From the NCBI GenBank assembly GCA_038087875.1, contig JAXLNO010002217.1:248001-307160 (forward strand): a stretch of DNA of 59,160 bases, given 5' to 3'. The notes under the pieces were generated by a model. The model ran no database searches. It saw only the letters and a program-made list of their open reading frames with translations, and was not told where the DNA came from. Source of the stretch: Malacoraja senta. Lineage: Eukaryota. This document shows positions 34,366-46,122 of this stretch, piece after piece; within the stretch, counting starts at the first letter, position 1; the number at the start of each line of letters is the position of its first letter. The translations under genes and the position numbers were made by a program.

Positions 34366-34984
34366 TGACTGCCCCTGTTCTGACTATCTATCCTATCTAT
34401 ACTTCTCATAGTTTTATGTACTTCTATCAGGTGTCCCATCAAACTCCGGCATTCTAGCGGAAGCAATCCATGTCTGTCCATATGTTTCATGTAGCCAACA
34501 CACCCTAGTCAAGGCATCATTCTTGTAAACCTCTGCACCCTTTCCAATGCCTCTACATCCTTTATGTAACGGGTCAACAAAAACTGCACATAATACTCCA
34601 AATGTGGACTACCCAAAGCCCTATAAAACTGTATTATGACTTCCTGTCTCTAGAAACCCAAGATTCAACCCCAAGATCTCTCTGTAGATTAATGCTGTTA
34701 AGGGTCTTGACAATAACTGTATACTTTTCCTTTACATTCGACCACTCAAAGTGTAACATACTTGCTCAAAATGAACTCCATTTGCAATTTTTCTGCCCAT
34801 TTCTGTATCTGATGTATTTCCCATTGTACACTACAGCCTTCTTCACTGTGCGCAACTCCATCAATGTTGGTGGCGCCTGCAAACTAACTAACCAACCCAA
34901 CCACTGGGTGGCGCCAGCAATGACTGCCTCGCCAATAGTCTGTCTTTCCCTTCCTTCTTTGTGTTTTAACAGTTTGTGTTAAAT

Positions 34985-35060
34985 CAGGGGTTGGCAACCT
35001 ACGGCCCACGGGCCGGATCCGGGCTGTAAGCCGAAATCATCCGACCCGCAGGCGTAACAC
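34985..35060. mobile_element. Orphan hAT/Charlie-like terminus
   Basis: CAGGGGTTGGCAACCTACGGCCCACGGGCCGGATCCGG resembles Charlie-type ends; no partner TIR found. Confidence 0.45.
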
Positions 35061-35142
35061 AAAACACACACAACACTTATCCGAGAGTAGTTCTCACACA
35101 CACACACACAGCCAATTCCATATCACAACACCTGTCGACTCA

Positions 35143-35458
35143 AGGGCCTGTCCCACTGTACGAGCTAATTCAAGAGTTCTCCCGAGTTTCCCCTGATTCG
35201 AACTCAGAGAATAACGGTAATAGCCGCTCGTAGGTACTCGGGGCTCTCGTGGACATTTTTCAACATGTTTAAAAACCTTCATGAGTCTTCACGAGCTTAC
35301 CGCGTTTCCCGAGTACCTGCCGTTAGCGTTACGAGCTGCTAAGAGACATCCCGAGCTCCGACGTACCCGCTACGTACATTCTACGTACTTACCACGAGTT
35401 TGATTTTTTTAAATCTTGGGAGAGCTCTTGAATTACCTCGTACAGTGGGACAGGCCCT
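35143..35458. mobile_element. PIF/Harbinger-like MITE
   Basis: 41-bp TIR (39/41 match) starting AGGGCCTGTCCCACTGTACGAG; flanks TCA/TAA. Confidence 0.8.
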
Positions 35459-37559
35459 TAAATCTCTCTCTCCGTCCCTACCCTCCCACCCCCTCTTCCA
35501 TCCTCCCGACCACCCAAAGTGAATGCGCCCCCCCACCTCGGTGCTGCGGCTTGTGTGAAACTGCAGCGGGATGAGAGCGGCTTCGACAAGGTGGTGATGG
35601 AGCAGTTTCCTCGGGAGCCCAGCGGCGGACTGGCTGGAGGGAAGCAAAGCATCAGCGGGGTCGGTGAGCAATTCCGCTCCGGCCACAGTTTTGCACTTTA
35701 GTCGTATTTGTTGCAGGTGTAATTGTCTTTTTGTTACGATTTGTTTAAACTATAATTAATTAATTATTAACTGAATCAAAATAAGAATGCAAGGAAACAA
35801 CAAGAGTCCAATCAGAACATAGACACAAAATGCTGGAGTAACTCGTCGGGACAGGCAGCATCTCTGAAGAGAAGGAATGGGTGACATTTTGGGTCGAGAT
35901 CCTTCTTCAGACTGATGTCAGGGGAATGGGAGGTCGATAGCTAAGGAAGTGTATAGATAAGGATGTGTGAGATGTGAAAACAGGACAAAGGGAATGGAGA
36001 TCAAGGAAAATGTAGCAACAAAGGAAACAGAGATAAAGAAGGGAATCTCTCGGAAAAGATTGACAAGGGGGGATCTGCTACATAGTGAGAAGCTGGGGTA
36101 AATATAACACCTTTATTTAACAGCAAGCTGCTTCGATAAATAAATAGGTAACAAGCCAACAGACGGTTACACTGATAAAGTTATACCAAGAAGGGTGTTT
36201 GCAGGTTCAAGTGCAACATAAACTCTGGCCTTGAAGTATGATACTGTTTGGTTGGTTTCTGTGTGCATACGCAATGAGATTCTGTACAATGTAAATCAGA
36301 ATATGAAAAACTGAGAAAAAAGTAAAATATATAGATTCATTCTTGCAAAACCTTTCACAACATTTTAAAAACATTTAGAACCACTGAGTATTTCTTGAAA
36401 TGTAAACACTATTGAATGAATAAACAAAGAACATTGAGCAGGATGACACAGGGATAAGCCCTAGCATCACAACGTCTGTGCTGGCTATGTTGCCATTACA
36501 AACTAATCCCATCTTCCTGCACATGGTCTATCCAGACTGAAGAAGGGTCTCGACCCAAAACATCACCAGTCCTTCTCTCCTGAGATGCTGCCTTTCCCAC
36601 TGAGTTACTCAAGATTTTTGTGCCTACCTTTGGTTTAAACCAGGATCTGCTGTTCCTTTCCACACACCCCTTCATTTCCTCTCTGTTCACATGTCAGGAC
36701 CCAAGAGAGACAAGAGAAAGCTTCTTTAATCAAATGTCTAATTAAATGTTCCAACAACAGAACAACTACATTATTACATGCAGCAGCCTAACAGGCCCAT
36801 AAACAGAGTATAAATTGATAAAAAAAGATAATAATTTAAAAAAAAATAAGAGCCACTGTGTGGCACGACAGTCAAAATCAATTTATTAGTTAACATAAAA
36901 CATAGAGCAGTACCACATATATGCCTGTTTAAATGCCTTTAAACATTGCTATCATATCTGTTTCCACTACTTCCTCTGACAGCACGCTCCAAGCACCCAC
37001 CACTGTGTAAAAAATCCTTCAAGATTTACTCCTCTCTACTCTGTGCCTCTCATAATTATATATACTTCCATCAGGTGTCCCCCACCCTCCTCATATTCCA
37101 ACTCCACAAGAGCAAATGATCTAAGTTTGTCCAACCTGTCCTCACAGCTGACACTCTCAAACACTGCTTTCAATTTTCATTCAAAGGGAAATGTGATGAG
37201 CGACAGATGATCTGTGTTCTTCAGTGGTATCAACTGCAAGAAAAATATCAATGAGGATTCTGGGATTAACCTGTATTCCTTAAATAACGTTTTGGGATTA
37301 TTTTTTAGAGGGCTGAAATATATATCAGGCCATTCAGCCCACCGAATCCACACCAGTCAGTGACCATCTGTTCACACCAGTTCAGTGTTATCACATTTAT
37401 GCATCACATCTTGACTTCACGGAGGCCAATTAAGCAACAAGTCAGCATGTGGTGTACGAGGAAGCTGGAGCACCTGGAGGTAGCCAGCGCAGTCACAGGG
37501 GGAAGGTGCAAACTCCACACGGACAGTACTTGAGGGCAGGATCAAGGCCAGGTCATAAG

Positions 37560-38096
37560 GAATGGGTGTAGAATTAGGCCATTCGGCCCATCTAGTTCAC
37601 TCCACCATTCAATCATTACTGATCTATCTCTCCATCCTCACCCCAATTCTCCTGCCTTCTCCCCATAACCTCGGACACTTGTACCAATCAAGAATCTATC
37701 TATCTTCGACTTAAAAATATCCAGACGGCCTCCACAGCCTTCTGTGGCAACAAATTCCATGGATTTGCCACCCTCTGCCTTAAGAAATTTCTCCTCATCT
37801 TCCTAAAAGAACGTCCTTTAAATCTGAGGCTATGGCCTCCAGTCCTAGACTCTCTCACTAGTGGATACATCCTCTCCACATCCACTCTATCCAAACCATT
37901 CACTATTCTGTAGGTTTTAATGAGGTCCCCCCTCATTCTTCTAAACTCCAGAGAGTACAGGCCCAGTGCTAACAAATGTTCATGATAGGTTAACCTACTC
38001 ATTTCTGGGATCATTGTTGTAAACCTCCTCTGGACACTCTCCAGAGCCAGCACATCCTTCCTCAGATATAGTGCCCAGAATTGCTCACAATATTCT
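37560..38096 (-). mobile_element. CR1 3' fragment
   Basis: EYCEQFWALYLRKDVLALESVQRRFT...LEFRRMRGDLI. Confidence 0.85.
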
Positions 38097-39138
38097 CTAG
38101 CACTGAGGGAGCAGCTCTGCCAGTTGTGCCATTGTGTCGGCCTGGTAGTATTTTGGTTTAACATGTGGTAGTAAAATTGCATCACAAACTCTGCAGAACG
38201 CCCTGTATAGCACTAGATTCCACTGATGTTTCTTTGGTGGGATATTGACCCGTGGCTCTCTGACTGAGAATGGAGATATGCTGTGGCTGACACCCAATGA
38301 AAAAAATGTTTTGCACACAACTCACAGTTACTTCTTGCCTGGGTGGATGGAGCCCGCAGCGGGGGCTTGGGTCAGTGCCACGAAGGTGTCCGGAGAGGAC
38401 CCGGCAGTGTTAGTGAAGAGGCCGGTGTGGCGGTCGATGATGGCGCCTACCGATGGACGAGGATGGAGACGTGGAATTGAGGACGCCGCTGCCGAGGGAA
38501 GGAGCAAAGGAGGACCTGGCGTGGGGGAACGGAAATTTGTAACTTTGTAAGCGCCCTTTATGGGCAACTATTTCCATACCTTGTGTGTGCAAGCAAAGAA
38601 TGTCACTGAGCCTTCAGAGTATTCAATTCAATCAACAGCCACCTCTCATAATCTATTGATAACAGGCCTTTTGTTACAAGATGGCATTCTCTGGAAAGGC
38701 GTAGGTTATTAAAAAATGTTTTAATCAATTTCTCTGATAAAAGTGCACTGACCTCTTGTTCTGCTTTAGCTGTAAGTAGACACACTCTACAGTAACTTTC
38801 TCACATGACCGAACTTTGAAGATCAGTTCTCACATGGTATGTTTGAGAGCTATTTCCATTTACTGGGAGACATCACAGCCTAGCCTGAACTAGACTGCAT
38901 GCTACTCCATAGTTAATGGTGAGATCAAGGCTTTTTGTCTGTCAGTCTGATATTGATTACAGTTGAATTCAGGAAACCCAATACCAAGCACAGCCTTTCA
39001 CGAGGAAAAGCAAACAAATTGTGGCATTTATTAAAGAAATACTCACTCTCCCTATTGGACAATGTTAATGAATTCTGCTTTCAAACAATGAGTTCAAACC
39101 ATGCTAAACAAGTCCAAAACATTCTTAATGTAAACAAA

Positions 39139-39528
39139 GGAACTACAGATGCTGGTTTAAGCCGAAGATAGACACAAAATGTTGTAGTAACTCACAGGCA
39201 CAGGCAGCAGCTGTGGATAGAAGGAATGGGTGATGTTTTGGGTTGAGATCCATTGGGGGGGGGGGGGGGAATCCTCCTGGCCTATGTGTAAATCGCATGT
39301 CAATGAGAATGGAGATGTTGACTGTGAAATGGAAGTCAGTGGGATTTGGATGGAAATGTGAACTTATAAAATTTAAAAGTAGTCTATTGGATCTGAACAC
39401 ATCTTGGTCTGAAGTAGGGTCTCGACCCACAATGTTACCCATTCCTTCTCTCTAGAGATGCTGCCTGTGAGTTACTCCAGCATTTTGTGTCTGTCTTCCG
39501 TGTAAACTGACATCTGCAGTTCTTTCCT
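39139..39528. mobile_element. Divergent pair of Penelope pseudo-LTR remnants
   Basis: Minus copy 39139-39251 and plus copy 39406-39528. Confidence 0.65.
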
Positions 39529-40254
39529 GCACATTTGGTATGTGAATCAGTATTGTGTGAATGGATAATTTTTTTGAATGGGGATGTTCTTCAGAATGGT
39601 GTTGGTGGATACATTTTTGAATGGGGTATGTGATACACCATGGTGTGAATGGAGGAATTTTGCAACGGGGCATGTGATTCAAAATGGTGTGAACAGATCA
39701 AGTTTATCAATGACAGATACATTTATGCAATTAATCTATATTTATCATATCTAATTTTATAACATAAATATGAACTTCAAATTGAATTAATTACGTTCCA
39801 CCCTGTTACTTGATCTTTTAGATAGTTGAGAAGGTATTGAAAGAGTGCCGCGTTCACTCAAGACCCCAGGCAATAGTGGACAGTTTATCAGCAAACACTT
39901 GGCCCAGTGTCTGAGGTGCTCCAGTCACTAAGTGATGGAAATGTATTTGTCATTCCACAAATCTCACATTGTGTAAGAGGTTGGGGCTGGAGTCTCAGCC
40001 CAACAGATCAGTCAGAAGAGGTACAGGAACAGAGGCAGGGTGAATGTGTGCTTTGTAGTCTATCATATACAGAATATTACAGGTCAGGAACTCACCCTTT
40101 GGCCCACAATGTATATGCCAAATGTAATGCCAAGATAAACTGACCTAGTCGAATGCAAACAGAAATTTTACATTCGATGAACACTTTCACATCATACATC
40201 CCATCTCCAATGAAAATTATCTCCTTCCTTCCATGACATTTAAACATAGAAACA

Positions 40255-41016
40255 TAGAAACATAGAAACATAGAAAATAGGTGCAGGAGGAGGCCATTCG
40301 GCCCTTCGAGCCAGCACCGCCATTCATTATGATCATGGCTGATCGTCCCTTATCAATAACCCGTGCCTGCCTTCTCCCCATATCCCTTGACTCCACTAGC
40401 CCCTAGAGCTCTATCTAACTATCTCTTAAATCCATCCAGTGATTTGGCCTCCACTGCCCTCTGTGGCAGGGAATTCCATAAATTCACAACTCTCTGGGTG
40501 AAAAAGATTTTTCTCACCTCAGTCTTAAATGACCTCCCCTTTATTCTAAGACTGTGGCCCCTGGTTTAGTTATGGAGTCATAGAGTGATACAGTATGGGA
40601 ACAGGTCCTTCGGCCCAACTTGTCCACACCGGCCAACATGTCCCAGCTACACTAGTCCCACCTGCCTGCCTTTGGTCCATATCCCTCCAAACCTGTCATA
40701 TTAATGTACCTGTCTAACTGTTTCTTAAACGAGGGGATAGTCCCAGCCTCAATTACCTCCTCTGGGAGCTTGTTCCATACACACACCACACTTTGTGTGA
40801 AAAAGTTACCCTTCGGATTCCTATTAAATCTTTTCCCATTGACCTTGAAACTATGTCATCTGGTCCTCGATTCCCCTACTCTGGGCAAAAGACTGTGCAT
40901 CTACCCGAACTATTCCTCTCATGGTTTTGTATACCTCTTACAAGATCACCCCTCATCCTCCTGCGCTCCAAGGAATAGAGACCCAGCCTACTCCAAGGAA
41001 TAGAGACCCAGCCTAC
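40255..41016 (-). mobile_element. Two adjacent CR1 3' end fragments (40255-40565 and 40566-41016)
   Basis: (ATAGAAAC)n tail plus the module seen at 826-1045; the second has the catagagtgatacag tail type. Confidence 0.75.
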
Positions 41017-41383
41017 AGGAGCCATCTTGGAGGAATGGCTGCTAAACAGCAGCGGTCCATCAAATTCACTTTTTAAAAAAGTTTTTAACTTTTTTATTTC
41101 TTTGTTTGTTTGGGGAATTTTGACTTTTAATGTGGGGGGGGGTAAGGGGGAAACTACTTCTAGGTCCCTACCTGGTCGGTGGGGCAGCTTTTTCTCCAGG
41201 CGGGCATGTAGCGCCGTTTTCCTGATGGGGACTGCCCAGCACCTTCAGGTTTGGTGGCGGCACAGCGCTGGAGCGCTATCGGGGAGCGTAGCGGGCGATG
41301 CCTTGCCTGGGTCGCCGCGCTGGATCGACGCGCTGGAGCTCCGGTATGCGGTGACCGCCGAGATCAACACCTCCGGGCTGCGG
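41017..41383 (+). mobile_element. 5' part of the GC-rich non-autonomous element (family of 10578-11615)
   Basis: aggagccatcttg...ccctacctggtcggtg...gggcgatgccttgcctgggtcgccgcgctgga...tcaacacctccggg. Confidence 0.85.
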
Positions 41384-41429
41384 TGAAAGTACTCCCACAG
41401 TTATACTAGGTAGGGAGTTGCAGCATTAA

Positions 41430-41870
41430 GAAGCAGTATCGATAAAGGAAAGGTGATTCATTTCTTGTTATCATGGGGCAAGCAATTCCTGACACCACAA
41501 AACCTCTCCATCAGCGGCAAGGCCCAATTCAGGAGGGTGCAATGCCTTGATGAATGTTACTCCAGTGATACTGAAGAAGCACAACATCATCCAGGACATA
41601 GCATGTCCCCATCTACAACTGTAATCTTCTTTGTTTCCACCACTTGTGTATAGTAATCTCGGTCTCAATCAACCACTGCAAGGTGTCTCAATGTTCATTG
41701 CCAAGGCTACTTCAATAACACCTCTCATATCAGTGATCCCATCAACCAATGAAGACAATGGCAACAGGCCCATGGGATCACCACATGCTGTGGGTGCCTC
41801 TCCAGTCATGACTTGGAAATCCATTGCTGTTCCTTCATTCCTATCAAGAGCACTGTGGGAGCATCACAGC
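41430..41870 (+). pseudogene. Heavily degraded LINE RT C-terminal remnant (repeated at about 47125-47565 and 52830-53270)
   Basis: GKAQFRRV...tgaagaagcacaacatcatccaggaca... resembles the YKAQVRSVMEY...LKKLDTIQDKA-type C-terminus of CR1/L2-group LINEs (from recall). Confidence 0.55.
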
Positions 41871-42765
41871 TAGTCACATCTTTGAAGTAAGATGCCATGA
41901 ACCAAATGGCCTATGTTTATGAGGTACCAAGTGACAGTGAGGAAGCAGCAAAAGAGCTAGGGTGATCTCTTTGAAGATAAAATGACCTAAAACAAATGGC
42001 CAATGTTTTTAGTATATCTTGTACCATGTAATCAAAAGGCCTTTGATGTGATGCATTCTGTGGAAACCTTTTCCTGTACCTCTGACCATGACTAATGTTT
42101 GTGGAATGTGCTAAGGGGACAAAAAAAACTATTTAAGACAATGTAATTCTGTTGTTCAGAGAAGGGGACCGAGGACAGTCTACATTGGTCACTTAGCTGG
42201 AATTCTCGCTCCCTTCCATCGGCCGATGTTAAGTAAAGTTTTGAACTGGTCTACCAAACAGTTTGTGTGGTGTCTGTTTATTAAGAAGCGAACCTGTTTA
42301 GTTGTTATAAAAGTAACTTTTTCAGAAGCTCAAGTATCTGTGTTTGTCAGTGATTGGGATAAATTGTGGCAGATAATCTACAGTATGGTGCAAAGGAGAA
42401 GATTTATTCCAATTAGTTTTTACTAATATCAACATCAAAGTCAATATTTATTATCCATCCCTAACTACCTTGGAGAAGATGGTGGTGAGCTGCCTTCTTG
42501 AAGCTCTGCAATACTTTTGGCGAATATGCTCTCACACAGCTATCAGGACTTAGTCAGAGTCATGGAACCACAGAGTCGTACAGCACAGAAATAGCTGCAA
42601 CACGTCCATGCTGACCTAGTTTCCTCATCAAACTTAGTTCCATTTGCCCCATATCCCTCTAAACCTTTCCTTTCCATGAACCTGTTCAAGTGTCTTTTAA
42701 TTGTAATGTTAGTACTTGCTTCAACTACCTCCTCTGGCAGCTCATCACATATACCTACTACCCTT

Positions 42766-43320
42766 TATAGACAATAGGTGCAGGAGTAGGCCTGTTCCTG
42801 CCTTCTCCCCATATCCCCTTACTCTACTATCTTCAAGAGCCCTATCTAGCTCTCTCTTGAAAGCATCCAGTGAACTGGCCTCCATAACCCTCTGAGGCAG
42901 AGAATTCCACATATTCACAACCCTCAGTGTGAAAAAGTTTTTCCTCATCTCTCTTCTAAATGGCTTGCCCCTTATTTTTAATCTGTGGTCCCTGGTTCTG
43001 GACTCTCCCCACATCAGGAACATGTTTCCTGCCTCTAGCATGTCCAAACCCTTAATAATCTTATATGTTTCAATAAGATCCCCTCTCATCCTTCTAAGTT
43101 CCAGAGTATACAAGCCCAGCCGCTCCATTCTCTCAGCATAAGACAGTCCCGTCATCCCGGGAATTAACCTTGTAAACCTACGCTGCACTCCCTCAATAGC
43201 AAGAATGCCCTTCCTCAAATTAGGGGACCAAAACTGCACACAATACTCCAGGTGGGGTCTCACTAGGGATCTGTACAACTGCAGAAGGACCTCTTTGCTT
43301 CTATACTCAACTCCTCTTGT
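42766..43320 (-). mobile_element. CR1 3' fragment (repeated at about 48468-49022 and 54171-54725)
   Basis: YRSLVRPHLEYCVQFWSP...LELRRMRGDLIETYKI...WNSLPQ. Confidence 0.9.
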
Positions 43321-43639
43321 TTGAATCCTTTATCCTACGAATGTAAAGGATGCCCTTCATGTTCATATTAAACCTTATCATCTCACCTCAAACCCGTGTC
43401 CTCTGGTTCTTGATACCTCCACACTGGGTAAAAGGCTCTGTTCATCCAGCCTATATATTCCCCTCAATAATTCAACTATCTCAGCCTCCTGCACTCCAAG
43501 GAATAAAGTCTGAGGGAGCACAATTTTACAGGCCCATACAACTGATCCAACATTGGTCTCAACACCACCTTCCCACTTTCCCCACGTCTCCTGACTTCTG
43601 TTGAGTTTATAGTCAATCATCCTCTACTTTGAACATAGT

Positions 43640-44480
43640 CGATGTCTCAGCCTCTGCAGCTCCTTTGGGAAGATGACATCAAAAACTGTTGTGCCAGTCA
43701 GAGCAATATGGGATGACTTTGGTGTAATGACAAAACATTGTCCTCAATGAGAACTGTGCAATGGTCTTCTGATTTCTGCCAAAGCCATGGTCAACAGATT
43801 CACCTGTTGCAGGTGGACAGGAGAGGAGGAGGTCAAGTAGGTCAATCCCTTGTGTTAGCTCATTCTCTACCTGCTGTAGAAAGAGCCTGGCAGACACATC
43901 CTTCAGGGATTGGCCATCTCAGTGAGTGGTCGTGTGACCAAGCCACTCCCAATGAAGGATGCTGAGGTCCACATCCAGTGTACACTCTGTACTCTTGCTT
44001 CTTTTAATGTCATTCGAGATTTTGCTCAGCTGCCCAATAATGGTGGGCATTCATTGGGACTGTGATAGCTTCCCACGGTGAAATCTGTGGGCTCCTTCCC
44101 ATGAAGAGGCAAGCGAGGAAACAGTATGTTCTTTCTCCTTTCACCAGGGCCAATCCTCTCTCCGGGAATGGTTCAGTTTATCCTAATGGGTGCAATGGAA
44201 TTGCCAGCATTTTTAATGAACACAACCCTCTATGGAGGTTTTTTCATCATGAAATGGCAGGACCTCCCTGGATTGCATGTACTCTCTCGTGGAACATCAG
44301 GCCCAGCAGGATGCAGCAAAGCACCTGGAGCTCTCCCATTTGAGATCCATTCGAAATGTTCAAAATCGCAAAGGTGCAAGTTCGATTCCAGATGGAATCT
44401 TTATTTGTTGTATAATTCTATATCTGAACCCATTTGTATCAACACCAGTGGTGCCGGAAACCTGAGCTGGAGGGGGAGTG
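43640..44480 (-). pseudogene. Degraded LINE APE endonuclease remnant (repeated in each unit)
   Basis: LHWEWLGHTTTH*DGQSLKDVSARLFLQQVENELTQGIDLLDLLLS resembles the HHQEWLGSTTTDRAGRVLKDIAARLGLRQVVREPTRGKNILDLILT type (from recall). Confidence 0.6.
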
Positions 44481-45571
44481 TCATTTAGATTGACAAGAGG
44501 CAGTGTCAGTTACTGTGCAGTGTGAGGGAACCTCAGCTTGTCCTATGCTGGGCTCAAAGCCACGTTGCTGCTTCTCCAGAATTCCACACAAGTTCCTCTG
44601 CAGAAGGTCAGTAAACTTCAGACAATATTCTTCATTGGTAATAGTGGATTAAATGAACGGGATTAAATGATTGAAATGTAGTTTGCAAAACTGATGTACT
44701 TCTTCCAATGTTATTGTGAAATGTGTTCTCCTATTACAATGATGGTGTCTTCAATAAAAAGGGAACAAATGTCATTGTTTTTGCTACATCCGACTGATTA
44801 AAATCTTAAATAGTGGTGTTTCTCTTGACTATTCAAATGCATTTTATTCTTTCCCACATTTCAAATTTCCTGTTTCCTACCTGCTGTATGAAAAGATTGC
44901 AATATATAACCTTGTTTGTTGTTTCTGTTTTCCAAAACAATGTTTTTATCTTGAAAGAAAAGAAATTGTTGGATGAATCATTTTCCTCCACAGATGCTGC
45001 CTGAAGGAATTTGTTTTGGGTTTTTTGCTTCATGGAGAAGAAGTGGATGTGTTGAATTTTCAGTAGGTCTTTGATAAAACCATGCATAAAAGATCAACAA
45101 GGAATATTAAAATATGTGGATTTGGCAATGTTCAACTGGGATGGATTGAAAATTCTTTAGCAGGCTAGGAACCGAGACTTCTTTTGGGTGGCACATGGTG
45201 ACTAATGAGCCATCATTGAAACCATTGCTTGAGCCTGTTATTTTCAATGTACATTAATGATTTTGACAAGGAAGTAAATTTAATATTTCTAAGTTTTATG
45301 ACATGAAACTGAGAGTAATTAGGAGAAGCAAAGAGGATGCAAAGAGATTTCCAGGTGATCTCAGTCAATAGACAATAGACAATAGACAATAGGTGCAGGA
45401 GTAGGCCATTCGGCCCATCGAGCCAGCACAACCATTCAATGTGTTCATGGCTGATCATCCCGAATCAGTACCCCGTTCCTGCCTTCTCCCCATATCCCCT
45501 GACTCCGCTATTTTTAAGAGCCCTATCTACCTCTCTCTTGAAAGCATCCAGAGAACCTGCCTCCACCGCCC

Positions 45572-46122
45572 TCAACACCTCCGGGCTGCGGGACTGCGGC
45601 GCCGACCCTAACATCGGGAGCCTCGTGGCTCCAACTCGGCGCGGCCCTGTCGGCTTCAGGTGCCACGGACTCCGCTGGGAAACCGGCTGTTCCAGCCGCT
45701 GCGAGGAGTCTCCCGACGGCCAGGAACATGGGGCCTCCGTAGAGGCAATAGCGGAGGCCTCATTGGGCCTGACACTTGGGAGAACTGGGTTGGGGACTGG
45801 ACATTGTGCCTTCCCCCACAGTGGTGGTCATTGTGGGGGGATGATTTTTGTGTGCTGTGTCTGTTGGTCTTTGTTCAAGATGGCGGTCGGAGGGGAGAGT
45901 GGACGCTGGCGCGGTTTGGCTGCCGCTGCTCTCTCCTCAAATTGTGTTTCTTATTTTCTTTTTTTGTGCTTTTGTAATTGAATTCTGTCCATTTGTGTAT
46001 TGTGGTTTTATATTTAATTTACTCCGATTATGTGTTATGTATTTTTGTGATTTTATGCCTTGTAAGGTGTCCTTGGGTGTTAGAAAGGTGCCAGTAAATA
46101 AAATGAATTGTTATTATTATTA
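45572..46122 (+). mobile_element. 3' part of the GC-rich non-autonomous element (second copy 51275-51825)
   Basis: tcaacacctccggg...caagatggcggtcggaggggagagtggacgctggcg...taaataaaatgaat(tat)n. Confidence 0.85.

Noticed and set aside
38935-39171. 78-aa ORF with a possible acceptor
   Set aside because: No domain similarity, no donor, runs into a Penelope pseudo-LTR
41880-42400. CCAAT/ATTGG boxes as an MHC S-X-Y promoter
   Set aside because: No convincing X box at the proper spacing and no downstream leader exon
44062-44488. Plus-strand 93-aa and 120-aa ORFs conserved in all three units
   Set aside because: Antisense to a degraded LINE endonuclease; conservation only reflects the young duplication
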